Virus genome (UHGV): UHGV-1998140 | Source: a virus | Reading direction: 5' to 3' (one strand) | DNA length: 50,335 nt | Shown: positions 19,848-28,755 of the stretch, in pieces | Position numbering within the stretch: the stretch's first letter is position 1 | Layout of the letters: each line of letters begins with the position of its first letter | The notes under the pieces: model-generated | What the model was told of the DNA's origin: nothing | Seen by the model: the letters and a program-made list of their open reading frames with translations, nothing else | Database searches by the model: none | Made by a program: the position numbers and the translations under genes

Positions 19848-21110
19848 TTAACGAGCCAGAATCGCTTCAATCTTAGCCAGTTGTTTTGCCGTCGGAATTT
19901 TATCGCCTGGCAGGATTTGATTGCTGTCGACCATGTTCAGTGGTGTCAGATATCTGTCCCCGCCCTCAATCGGCGGCAGGTTTTCCATGCGGCGAATATC
20001 GTTGGTCGATAACCAGCCCCACTGACGACCCAGCGCATATGACTCATAGCGCGATTTCTGGTCGCCACGCAGTAAGCCGGAAACGTTGAATTCGATATAC
20101 AAGTCGCGGCGTTCGCTGGCCAGCAATAAATCACGCTGCAGTGCCCCTTCATGGCGTTTCAGCCAGGCGAGGAGCGTATACATCACGAACTGCAGACCCT
20201 GATGCTCGATGTTGTTATTGGTCGCTTTCGCAAGCATTTGCACCATGTGTGGCGGGATTTTGTAGAGCCGACACACTTCCTCCACGCCCCACTGGCGCGA
20301 TTGCAGCAGCTGTGCTTTCTCGTTGTCCTGCGACATCTGCTTGTAGCTCATTCCTTCTTGCAGCAGCGCCACAGAAAAGGCATTACGCATACCAGAATAT
20401 CGGTCAGTCCATTTAGCCAGTAGCTGGTCTATCTTCTCCTGGCTCTTGATTGCCGGGGCGGCCTGTGGACGCTCGATAACGCCGCTCATCGTTGTTCCGC
20501 GCCGGAATGTGGCAGATGCATGCTCCTCCACTGCCAGATTCAGCCCGAGTACATCTGCGTTCGTCTGAATCGGTGAACTGCCGATATAGCCATCCAGAGA
20601 AAAGACTTTCACATGGTGCACCATGCGCATCGGTAACGTTTCACCGATGTCCGGGATTTCATAATAGGGCATCCCGTCCGGGCCTTTCAGAACAATGACC
20701 TTTTTCGGGTTAATTGGGATGAGTTCTTTTGGGTAGCCTCTACCGTCACGGTCGATGATCGAGTAGCAATTGCCCTCCAGCCCCAGCAACCCCTGCTGCT
20801 GCTCAAAGTACTCAAATGAAGTGTCTTTTTTGTTTGGCTGAGAATGAATCAGGTCATAAATCGGGTGGTCTGTCGCACGTTGCCGCCCACCATTTTTATC
20901 TCGTCGATAGAGTTCGACAGGCAGCTGCGCGACGGACTCCGCCAGGAGGGTTACGCACGCACGAACAGCAGAAAGTGCAAGCGCCGTTTCCGGCGTAATC
21001 ATGACACCGGCTTTACTGTGACTTGAACGGACACCACCCAGCATTGCTTCCCAGAATCCGCCACCTGATACCGACCGCTTTTTACCTTCAAACATCTGGG
21101 GAATAAACAT
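19848..21110 (-). CDS. Portal protein, HK97 family
   Basis: 420 aa directly downstream of terminase large subunit. Confidence 0.9.
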   Translation of the reverse strand: MFIPQMFEGKKRSVSGGGFWEAMLGGVRSSHSKAGVMITPETALALSAVRACVTLLAESVAQLPVELYRRDKNGGRQRATDHPIYDLIHSQPNKKDTSFEYFEQQQGLLGLEGNCYSIIDRDGRGYPKELIPINPKKVIVLKGPDGMPYYEIPDIGETLPMRMVHHVKVFSLDGYIGSSPIQTNADVLGLNLAVEEHASATFRRGTTMSGVIERPQAAPAIKSQEKIDQLLAKWTDRYSGMRNAFSVALLQEGMSYKQMSQDNEKAQLLQSRQWGVEEVCRLYKIPPHMVQMLAKATNNNIEHQGLQFVMYTLLAWLKRHEGALQRDLLLASERRDLYIEFNVSGLLRGDQKSRYESYALGRQWGWLSTNDIRRMENLPPIEGGDRYLTPLNMVDSNQILPGDKIPTAKQLAKIEAILAR

Positions 21111-21289
21111 TATTTCTCCCCGCTATTTTTTGCGCTGGCGGATACCGAGCGCGCGATTAAAAAAGACCAAAGCAGACAGAGTATTCCGCCTGTGATAAAC
21201 CCCGCTGCAGGTAATAAAAGCCAGGCTCCGGTAGAAACCAATAAAGCCCCGGCAAGGCCAATAATGAAACTCAGAATTGTGATTAGCAC
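21110..21289 (-). CDS. Small membrane protein (59 aa, 2 predicted TM helices)
   Basis: GTG start at 21289 with GAGGAAG upstream, overlaps terL stop; its TAA overlaps the portal ATG (TAATG); not in ORF track because <60 aa. Confidence 0.45.
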   Translation of the reverse strand: MLITILSFIIGLAGALLVSTGAWLLLPAAGFITGGILCLLWSFLIARSVSASAKNSGEK

Positions 21290-23004
21290 GCTACGTCTTC
21301 CTCATCATAGATAGATTTGATGACTGCGCTGTTCAACATGGCGCGCCCTATCCCCATCATTAAACCAACCGCACCATCAATCTTGTTTTGTTTCCCCTCC
21401 TTTGTCGGACGGACAATATCGTCGCTGCCCGGCAAATACCGACCTACAACGTTCTGGATGCACCAGTTCATGATGGGATTTCCGTCATGATGGAATCGCC
21501 CCGACGCCAGTGCAGCTTCAATCTCTCTCATGGGGTCGCTCATATGGGTGAAGTTCTGTCTGATTTCGACGGGTTCCAGTCCCTCTTCCTCAAGCAGATG
21601 GCGCAAGGAAGTGGCACCATAAGGATCGATAGGACACTGGGCGATTTTCACGTTCTGACGTAACTGCAGGATGGATTCGAAAATCAGCCGATAATCTACT
21701 TCTGCGCCCTCAGTTGGAATTAAAACGCCCTGTCCCACAAAGGACTGATAACGTTCAGAGGTATGCTTAAGCTTCGGGTCGACAGAATAGATGGTGTCTT
21801 CAGGCACCCAGAACATAGGGCCTACGCAGTAGAAATGGGTAATACCTTCTATATCGCGACGAAAAACAGGAATAACGGCGTTAAGATCGACCTTTGACGC
21901 TAGATCTATTCCCAGCCAGCATTCCTCATCGGCAAAATCAGACAATTTCAGACTCTTGTCAGCAGCAGCCATCCATTTCTGTAAATCGTAAAAGACTGTT
22001 TTTGCGCTAACCCAACGATTAAAATGCTTGGTCAGGATCTTGTTGGTCTGACTGGGGTTCGATATCGCCAGTAACTGTTTTGCGCGAAGAAAGTGCTCTT
22101 TTACCGATATCCCATAATTGGGATTGGCTTTAATGAGCGCTTCCGGCTGAGTCCAGTCATCATCATCATCCAGACCATAGATGATGCCGAAAATGCCCTC
22201 ATTCTCTTCCCCATTGCGGGTTTTGCGCAGGATCTCCACCACCTGTTCCCGCTTCTCATAGCACGGCGATGTAATGTCATAACCGGCTGTCGTGATGATG
22301 AGCGTAATGGGTTGCTCGCGAGCCCCCATCCCTGTCGTCATCGTGGTATACAGGGCATCGGTAATATGTTCGTGGTATTCGTCGATAATGGCGCATGACG
22401 GCGAATCACCGTCACCGGGATCGCCAATCACGGGTGCAAATATGGAGCCATCCGGGCGAGTCATTTTTTTTGCCCAGGGCTTTATAGAAAATTTCTGCCG
22501 CAATGCGGGCAGCTTTTTCACCATCAACAACGCCGGAGCAAACACTTTCCAGGCCTGCTTTTCGGTCGTGGCGCCGCAGTACACTTCCGCACCATGTTCA
22601 CCGTCAGCGCAGAACATATAATTGCCAACGGCAGCGGCAATTGCTGATTTGCCGTTCTTTCTAGGAACTTCGATATAGATCTCAGTGAACCGCCGCAGGC
22701 CACTTTTTTTATTTACCCAGCCAAACGGAACACCCAGGGCAAACTTTTGCCAGGGTTCAAATTCTATCCTGAGTTTTCGGCGGGCCCATTCCCCTGCGGT
22801 ATGTGGCATTTTTTGTGCAAAACGAAGAAATCGCTCTGCCTTATTTTTATCGAACCGGTAAGGCCAGTTCGGATCCTTCGCGCGTTCCAGGTCATCAAGA
22901 TGTCGCTTGCAGGCAAGAATAGTTAACTGACATGCCAGAATCTTCCCGCCAACGATATCCCGTGCATACTGGTTCGCCGCATTGACGTTCGGATATGTGG
23001 CCAT
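21283..23004 (-). CDS. Terminase large subunit
   Basis: 573 aa, Walker A-like PRKNGKS, start overlaps small-subunit stop. Confidence 0.9.
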   Translation of the reverse strand: MATYPNVNAANQYARDIVGGKILACQLTILACKRHLDDLERAKDPNWPYRFDKNKAERFLRFAQKMPHTAGEWARRKLRIEFEPWQKFALGVPFGWVNKKSGLRRFTEIYIEVPRKNGKSAIAAAVGNYMFCADGEHGAEVYCGATTEKQAWKVFAPALLMVKKLPALRQKFSIKPWAKKMTRPDGSIFAPVIGDPGDGDSPSCAIIDEYHEHITDALYTTMTTGMGAREQPITLIITTAGYDITSPCYEKREQVVEILRKTRNGEENEGIFGIIYGLDDDDDWTQPEALIKANPNYGISVKEHFLRAKQLLAISNPSQTNKILTKHFNRWVSAKTVFYDLQKWMAAADKSLKLSDFADEECWLGIDLASKVDLNAVIPVFRRDIEGITHFYCVGPMFWVPEDTIYSVDPKLKHTSERYQSFVGQGVLIPTEGAEVDYRLIFESILQLRQNVKIAQCPIDPYGATSLRHLLEEEGLEPVEIRQNFTHMSDPMREIEAALASGRFHHDGNPIMNWCIQNVVGRYLPGSDDIVRPTKEGKQNKIDGAVGLMMGIGRAMLNSAVIKSIYDEEDVAC

Positions 23005-23438
23005 CAGTCAAACTCATCAAATTCATTCCCGTCATCGTCCTGATCATTTTTGCCGCTGGTCATTCGGATACGGCTGAGCGGATCTAACCCCAGTAGCGAG
23101 CCCAGACGGGCTATCTGGGAAACAGAGTCATTTCTGACGTTTACGGCAGGATGTTTTTTTAACCCTCCCATTTCGCTTTCAGTTGTCAGCCCGTTAGCCA
23201 GTAATTTTTCGGCTTCGAGCATCAGATGGAAGGCGTTGCAGTAAGCCAGAAGTAAAGGGGCATCTTCAAGCTCAAAAACGCCTCTTTCGATCAGGATTTT
23301 ACTTTGAGTCTTCCATATTCTTATAGCCGCCTCCCCCATCAACTCAGCCGGGGGCGCGATTCGGGTCAGTTTACTTTTTTGCCCGGTGGGTAAAACGGGT
23401 TTTCTTCCCCCTCCAGACGATCTAATACCAGCAGCCAT
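23004..23438 (-). CDS. Terminase small subunit (P27-like)
   Basis: 144 aa with acidic C-terminal tail, strong RBS, immediately upstream of terL. Confidence 0.7.
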   Translation of the reverse strand: MAAGIRSSGGGRKPVLPTGQKSKLTRIAPPAELMGEAAIRIWKTQSKILIERGVFELEDAPLLLAYCNAFHLMLEAEKLLANGLTTESEMGGLKKHPAVNVRNDSVSQIARLGSLLGLDPLSRIRMTSGKNDQDDDGNEFDEFD

Positions 23439-23575
23439 AACTCCTCTTTTGATAGGTGAAACCTGCCGGAAAAAAGATCCTTATTTCTGGCGTGTAAAAA
23501 TGTCCTTCAAGCGGCAGTCCCAAAGCGCGAAAGGGGTCAGGGATTTGATCCCCCCTACCCCTGGCGGCAGCTGCC

Positions 23576-23776
23576 TCAGTCGAGGTGGAAGTCGTCATTC
23601 AGGTTGCGCCGACGACCGCTGCTCGCGTTGTGTGGGCAGGCACTCGAGTTATGCCCGGACTGACCGCAATAACTGCAGCGCAAATTGGCGCGACGTGAGG
23701 AACCACCCCACGTTTTCGGGCAGTTCGCGTATGTATGAAGCTGTGAACCGCAATAAGTACAGCGGGTATAACCCAT
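23576..23776 (-). CDS. Small protein with two CCHC zinc-knuckle motifs
   Basis: Two CX2CX4HX4C motifs (CTYCGSQLHTYANC and CSYCGQSGHNSSAC); start placed at third ATG, 4 nt after GGAGGG. Confidence 0.5.
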   Translation of the reverse strand: MGYTRCTYCGSQLHTYANCPKTWGGSSRRANLRCSYCGQSGHNSSACPHNASSGRRRNLNDDFHLD

Positions 23777-23806
23777 CATGCCCTCCATTCATTAAGAATG
23801 CCGTTA

Positions 23807-24247
23807 TCAGGTTTCAGTTGGTGCCGGTGCAACGCCACCATCAGCCTGCAGCACACTTTCCGGCAAACGCTCAATCAGCGGGGCATTCTCAAATACTTTG
23901 AGACCGTACTGGCCAACCCAAGTGCTTTCCTGCCCAACGCTGCCAGAGATGAAGTCCATCACTTCTGCCAACAGCTCTTTAACCAGAGCCTCCGTACGCG
24001 TCCGCCAGTGGCCTTCAATGGCGACCAGGAGAGGATCTGAACCGTTGGCAATACTTTGCTTGCCTACCGAGTAGGTTTTCTTTTTCGCCTTATCGGTCAC
24101 ACACTGCAGCTGTGTCATCAGGGCCAGAACAGCAATCGGAGTTGTATCGCGGACTTCGATAGTCATCGTGGCCAGCTTGTTACCCGATTCAGCATCAGTG
24201 GATGATGCGTAGTACATTGAAATGGTTAAATCATCACGACTGAACAT
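23807..24247 (-). CDS. Hypothetical protein
   Basis: 146-aa ORF in the HNH-terminase cluster, no recognisable motif. Confidence 0.45.
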   Translation of the reverse strand: MFSRDDLTISMYYASSTDAESGNKLATMTIEVRDTTPIAVLALMTQLQCVTDKAKKKTYSVGKQSIANGSDPLLVAIEGHWRTRTEALVKELLAEVMDFISGSVGQESTWVGQYGLKVFENAPLIERLPESVLQADGGVAPAPTET

Positions 24248-24249
24248 GA

Positions 24250-24546
24250 TTAATGGCTCCGGTTACGGTTGCGATTTTTATTGCGGTTACGCTGATGGCG
24301 CGGTGCGGTTTCGGCTGGCAGGTGCTCGCCTTCGAACGCTTGCGCTGGCTCTTGCGGTTGCGGTTGCGGTTGAGCGGGAACCAGTCCCTCGGGAATTTCA
24401 CCACCTACCTCAAACTTGAGATGCGGTTCTTTCCCCAAGAAATGGCTGAAGTTCAGGCCCGATAGTCCTGCATTGAGCATCGAGATCCCCTCGACATCAA
24501 CGGTAACGAGTTGGCCATCAACGTATTCAATTTTTAAATTCTTCAT
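24250..24546 (-). CDS. Hypothetical protein with PQ repeat and basic C-terminal tail
   Basis: ATG at 24546 overlaps HNH stop (ATGA); contains (GCGGTT)3 hexamer repeat encoding PQPQPQ and a C-terminal RNRNKNRNRNR tail. Confidence 0.5.
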   Translation of the reverse strand: MKNLKIEYVDGQLVTVDVEGISMLNAGLSGLNFSHFLGKEPHLKFEVGGEIPEGLVPAQPQPQPQEPAQAFEGEHLPAETAPRHQRNRNKNRNRNRSH

Positions 24547-24905
24547 CGTGTTCTCTCTGTTGCGGTTTTCGTTCTGTGGCACGGCCAGCACAACGATTCC
24601 AGATTGTAATTGTCATCAGTACCGCCGTGGGCTTTAGGAATGATGTGGTCGACGCTGGTAGCTTTTGTGGCGATACCGTGGCGTCGGCAGTTCTGGCAAA
24701 GGTATTTGTCGCGCACGAGTATCTGGGCACGAATGATTTCCCAGGAACGACCGTATCCGCGTTGCTGTCGGGTTTTTCCGGTCTGATAGTTACGCCAGCC
24801 ATCGCCAGTGTGTTGCTGCCGATGGATCTCGCAGTATCTAGTGGCGTCATTCGTCACTGCCGCGCATCCTCTGTGCCGGCAAGGTCGTTTAGCTCGTGGT
24901 GGCAT
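24543..24905 (-). CDS. HNH endonuclease (terminase-associated, HK97 gp74-like position)
   Basis: Cys/His HNH core (DHIIPKAHGG ... CWPCH); start placed at ATG 24905 (MPPRAKRPC) with GAGGA upstream. Confidence 0.8.
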   Translation of the reverse strand: MPPRAKRPCRHRGCAAVTNDATRYCEIHRQQHTGDGWRNYQTGKTRQQRGYGRSWEIIRAQILVRDKYLCQNCRRHGIATKATSVDHIIPKAHGGTDDNYNLESLCWPCHRTKTATERTR

Positions 24906-25053
24906 ACACATCCTCAAGCATGAATTTGGAGAGAGTAAAAGCGGCACTGTCGATGGGGAACTCTGAAACTGGCAACGATGCGAATGACAAATCGTCATAC
25001 GAAATCACCACCAGCTTCCCTCCTACGTATTCAATTTTTAAGCTCTTCATCAT
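24889..25053 (-). CDS. Small ORF, N-terminal paralog of 24250-24546 product
   Basis: 54 aa MMKSLKIEYVGGKLVV... shares its first ~22 residues with MKNLKIEYVDGQLVTV...; weak RBS. Confidence 0.35.
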   Translation of the reverse strand: MMKSLKIEYVGGKLVVISYDDLSFASLPVSEFPIDSAAFTLSKFMLEDVYATTS

Positions 25054-25224
25054 GTGGCATCACGAATACAAAAAGCCCCGCAGATGCGAGGCTACTGGTT
25101 ATACATCAGGGTGTTATTGATAGAGAGCAGCGTGTAAGGTTATCGCTCAGCCGCCTGTGGTGGGACACAGGTAGATATTGTAATTGCAGAGGGATAGCTG
25201 ATTAGCTCTGCTTAAGGAATAGAA

Positions 25225-25425
25225 ATGATTAAAAAGAATATGCACCTTCAAATGGAATCAAATGCCCAAACAATCGACGAATTGAACAAAGAAATTGGGC
25301 AACTGAAATGTGTCGTTGGTTTCTTAATGACTCAATTACCACCGCAATCTAGGCAGGCTGTCATCAATAATCTTGAGGAGTTTGGACTTGATGAGTCAGT
25401 TAAGGAATTTACTCAGTTCCTTTGA
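25225..25425 (+). CDS. Hypothetical small protein
   Basis: 66 aa, AAGGAA RBS 6 nt upstream of ATG, low-GC region. Confidence 0.45.
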   Translation: MIKKNMHLQMESNAQTIDELNKEIGQLKCVVGFLMTQLPPQSRQAVINNLEEFGLDESVKEFTQFL

Positions 25426-25809
25426 ACAAGGCTTGACCTAATAAATTAATGTACCAGCCTTGAGAATTTTTGGGTTGTGTCCCAGGCGAAGTAGTGGACT
25501 CGCTTCCTTCGCCTGAAACATTTTTTGGGTTTGAAGTTTTGACGTTCAACGTTTTCAAGTTATTCCTCCTTATTACGATCCCCGCTAAGTGATACAGACA
25601 GATTTATCCCTTGGTAGGGATAGATGTTCTCACCGATTCGTAAATCCGCTCACAGGTCATTCCTGCTTTGTAGCGTTCGTCTGCAATTGCAGCATACGCC
25701 ACGGGGATTAACTACTTATGTCTAACAATCGACAGTCTCATTGTTACAGCCATTAAAAAAACCACCCATGTGGAGTGCCCCCCGAAATGTGGCCTATCTG
25801 ATCGCTATG

Positions 25810-25941
25810 AAAAAGGCCGCAAAAGAGATGCGGCCTTTTGTCATGCACAGTTATCGATTAAATAAACTCTCAGGAGCCATCCGGGAGAGCATCACTTAAA
25901 CGGGTAACTGACCTCCGACAGACTGGTGTTGGGACGGAGGT
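25810..25941 (-). repeat. Structured element copy A (terminator hairpin + conserved box + second hairpin)
   Basis: GGCCGCA/TGCGGCC hairpin with flanking A/T tracts, box CTCTCAGGAGCCATCCGGGAGAG, hairpin ACCTCCG/CGGAGGT with GGTGTTG in loop. Confidence 0.45.
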
Positions 25942-26283
25942 GCAATGAGAGTAGTGTGTTTCATTTTTTTTCATACCAGCAAACACAAAATAATGGCAGT
26001 TCTTCCTGTTAATCGATAACTGCTATTCAATTAGTCTGGCCAGACGGATGATTATCCTGCCAGGAGTTATCACACTCACACAATGAAAATCTTTAAAAAA
26101 AATCCTTAGCCGGTTCACTCGCCTTCGAACAGGTGCAATGACCTTGCTCTGACGAAATTAGCTTTAATCGTTCGTTGCCATCTTCCGTACAAACAAAATA
26201 GTCACAAAAAAATAAAGGTTAAAAAGTGAGCTATTTACTGTCCTGTGGTGTATGGTTAGCAATCACTCACGAGGATAAAAACC

Positions 26284-26454
26284 ATGGCGATGCTCAAAGA
26301 CAAGATACGTACACTCAGACCTGTAAAAAGCACCTGTCCTCACTGCTCTCGCCAGTCAACACATAGCCTGTCGAGAATAAAAAACGATATAACATTGATC
26401 TGCCCATACTGCGGAAATATTTTCCTCCCCTCAGAAAGTAAACCTGTTAAGTAA
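26284..26454 (+). CDS. Small zinc-ribbon protein (56 aa)
   Basis: ATG with GAGGA 8 nt upstream; two CxxC pairs (CPHC ... CPYC); not in ORF track because <60 aa. Confidence 0.5.
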   Translation: MAMLKDKIRTLRPVKSTCPHCSRQSTHSLSRIKNDITLICPYCGNIFLPSESKPVK

Positions 26455-26697
26455 CTGATCGAATACTTTACTGAAGCTGAAGTCCACTCTCAGGCTTCAG
26501 TAAACGAAACGACTTAGCAATCAGCGTCAGGACGCGCTACAGCCTGTATCCAGCAGACCGCAAAAATAACGGCTCACTCCTTTCAGGCGATTCATTCGCT
26601 CAAAATCACCAGGAGTTAACATGCTTCTTCTCCTGCTTCTGATAATCAAAAAACCGCAAATGCGAGGTTTATTTGGTAAATATTGGTTTACCTGAAC

Positions 26698-26967
26698 CTA
26701 GGAATAATAGGCTGCGAAATGCTCCTCAACCTGCGCCCTTGTGTCTGCGCTCTCGTTTAATGTCAATGAGTCATAACCCTTAATGTGAAAAACAGGTTCA
26801 TATGCATAAACAGTAATCAATGCGTAAATTGCATTGTCAGTACCAGAAAAAATCTCATATTTCACACGCGACAGGCGCTTATGTTCATTAACTAACATGT
26901 ATGTTTCGATAAGCTTATGAGTAACCACGTTTTTTCCTTCATGACAAAAAAATCCCCTTTTAACCAT
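26698..26967 (-). CDS. Hypothetical protein
   Basis: 89-aa ORF in low-GC island; no convincing RBS. Confidence 0.35.
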   Translation of the reverse strand: MVKRGFFCHEGKNVVTHKLIETYMLVNEHKRLSRVKYEIFSGTDNAIYALITVYAYEPVFHIKGYDSLTLNESADTRAQVEEHFAAYYS

Positions 26968-27110
26968 ACGCGTTAGGAGCTAAGAATTGAAATTATTAGC
27001 ATTATCGAAGCCACTCGGCAGAATGGTCTCTGTGATGCATTTGCATTTGCATTTATCTTTGCCATGCGTACAAGCAAAATGGTGGCCTTACGGATGCCTG
27101 TTACGCACAA

Positions 27111-27241
27111 TAAAAAAGGCCGCAAAAAAATGCGACCTTTGGTTAGTACCAGTTAGAAAACTAAAATCTCTCAGGAGCCACCCGGGAGAGGCTTTTCTGT
27201 TTTTTAACTGACCACTGCCGTTTCGGTGTTGACTGGCAGTG
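27111..27241 (-). repeat. Structured element copy B (paralog of copy A)
   Basis: Same architecture as copy A; second hairpin stem changed to CACTGCC/GGCAGTG with GGTGTTG kept in loop; first hairpin has C-A mismatch on plus strand that is G-U on minus strand. Confidence 0.45.
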
Positions 27242-27412
27242 ATAACGTGATGATAGCTTCATTTAAGTTATCGATATCATTTAAATATCTAAAGAACTAT
27301 TTAAACCAATAATTCTCAACTCGCCGGAACATTCAACCATAGAAACAGGTTTCTATGCTGGTCTTTTGATGGTAAGCATCAATTCACCACAACCAGCTTA
27401 GTTGCTAATAAA

Positions 27413-27625
27413 TTATTCGGGGGTACCTTCAACGTTGAACCATAGATCTAAATGTTTAATGTAGCGCTGGATGGACACACAAATAACCACTCCATCTTTA
27501 AGGTTAACAGACTTAATAACACATCCTTTCGGTGCAAAATACTCCCCATCATAATGGGGGCGAATGGAATGCTCGTCTCCGTAACGATAACCGTGCGGAA
27601 GTTGAGGGAGTGAATTTCTTGTCAT
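27413..27625 (-). CDS. Hypothetical protein
   Basis: 70-aa ORF downstream of lysis cassette, weak RBS. Confidence 0.4.
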   Translation of the reverse strand: MTRNSLPQLPHGYRYGDEHSIRPHYDGEYFAPKGCVIKSVNLKDGVVICVSIQRYIKHLDLWFNVEGTPE

Positions 27626-27792
27626 GGGCAGCTTCTTAGATAAAAGGAATTTGAAAATCCATAGTGCATTAGCAACCTTGACTTAGATACCAACTTTTCA
27701 TTGTTTACTGCTCTAATATCTCGTTTTCAGATTTTTTGTTCATACGATGATTTAAATATCAATACCTTAAGCGTGCGACATTTATATCTGAT

Positions 27793-28023
27793 TTATCTTG
27801 CTCCCTTCTCTGTAAGCTGCGGGCAGTTGGCCTGCACGGATTTGTTGTACGCCAAGATGTCGCGCTTCGTCTGCTTATCCAGCACGTCAATATCGCGGTC
27901 AGTGAGATAGATAATTTTCGCCCACAGGCACCCTGTATCAACGACCACCGGGGCGGGTGAATTGCTCGCGCAGCTCACGATCAACATCGTCATCAGGCAT
28001 ATGGCTAACAGTCTGCTGTACAT
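27793..28023 (-). CDS. o-spanin (Rz1-like outer-membrane lipoprotein)
   Basis: Start at internal ATG (MYSRLLAICLMTMLIVSCAS) giving a lipoprotein signal with lipobox Cys; overlaps the i-spanin gene out of frame. Confidence 0.6.
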   Translation of the reverse strand: MYSRLLAICLMTMLIVSCASNSPAPVVVDTGCLWAKIIYLTDRDIDVLDKQTKRDILAYNKSVQANCPQLTEKGAR

Positions 28024-28216
28024 CACTGGCCTCCCTGGTGGCTTCCTCTTTCCGTTCTGCCGCAGCGACTCTGGCGGCGGCATCCTCTTCTGTACGTTTC
28101 TTCTCAGATTCCGCTACGGCTTTTTCACGACCGCTCATTCTGCCCAAACCAAATACACCCATGAGCAGAAGAACTGCCGCAGTGAGAAATGCCAGAATGG
28201 CTTTAATTTGCGTCAT
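27938..28216 (-). CDS. i-spanin (Rz-like)
   Basis: 92 aa, N-terminal TM helix then charged coiled-coil; directly downstream of endolysin. Confidence 0.6.
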   Translation of the reverse strand: MTQIKAILAFLTAAVLLLMGVFGLGRMSGREKAVAESEKKRTEEDAAARVAAAERKEEATREASDVQQTVSHMPDDDVDRELREQFTRPGGR

Positions 28217-28755
28217 AGCTTCACTCGCTCTTTCACCCAGCCATAAACGAACGACTCATTAGCCGAGCGCTGTTCAGCCAGTTCAAGATACCTTTGGCCC
28301 TGGCTGCAATTGAGAGCGCGCAGCAGCACTTCTTCACCTTCCTTACCCCGGGTATTCAGATAGGATTTCAAAGCATTGATGCTACGGGGTCCAATCTGCC
28401 CGTCAGCAATAAGATCTGGATAAAGTTTCTGTTGATTGTTGAAAACGTTCAGCCAGCGCTGGAACCATTTCACCTGAACAGATGGCCCCATATTTACGCC
28501 TGTATCGCACAACTCTGCCGCAATTGATGGAGAAACTGTCGCAACCAGGTCAAAGCGCGGCCCATACCAGTAATCGGCTGAAAGGATATCCAGAGCCTGC
28601 TGACGAGTCAGATCACGCATATCGCCTGAATAACCATGGGCACGGGCAACGGCCTGAGTAATCCCCCAGTTAGTTGGACCACCCTTGTCGTTTGGATTGT
28701 TAACATAGCCACCCTCTTTACCGAGGATGCTGTTGAAAATATCTTCTTTAGTCAT
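28213..28755 (-). CDS. Endolysin (GH108-like muramidase with peptidoglycan-binding region)
   Basis: 180 aa, N-terminus ILGKEGGYVNNPNDKGGPTNWGIT typical of GH108 lysozymes; flanked by holin and spanin genes. Confidence 0.75.
   Translation of the reverse strand: MTKEDIFNSILGKEGGYVNNPNDKGGPTNWGITQAVARAHGYSGDMRDLTRQQALDILSADYWYGPRFDLVATVSPSIAAELCDTGVNMGPSVQVKWFQRWLNVFNNQQKLYPDLIADGQIGPRSINALKSYLNTRGKEGEEVLLRALNCSQGQRYLELAEQRSANESFVYGWVKERVKL

Noticed and set aside
23386-23901. 171-aa plus-strand ORF overlapping the zinc-knuckle gene
   Set aside because: Opposite orientation to the packaging operon, no RBS, and the minus-strand frame carries two canonical CX2CX4HX4C motifs.
25410-25570. Minus-strand 50-aa ORF with AGGAGG RBS and TTG start, convergent with the 25225-25425 gene
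   Set aside because: Low-complexity Ser/Gly/Thr-rich product overlapping the 3' end of the plus-strand gene; the RBS may be chance. Not excluded.
25805-27245. Small ORFs running through the two structured elements on either strand
   Set aside because: The two copies differ by indels, so the reading frames are not conserved; the conservation is structural.
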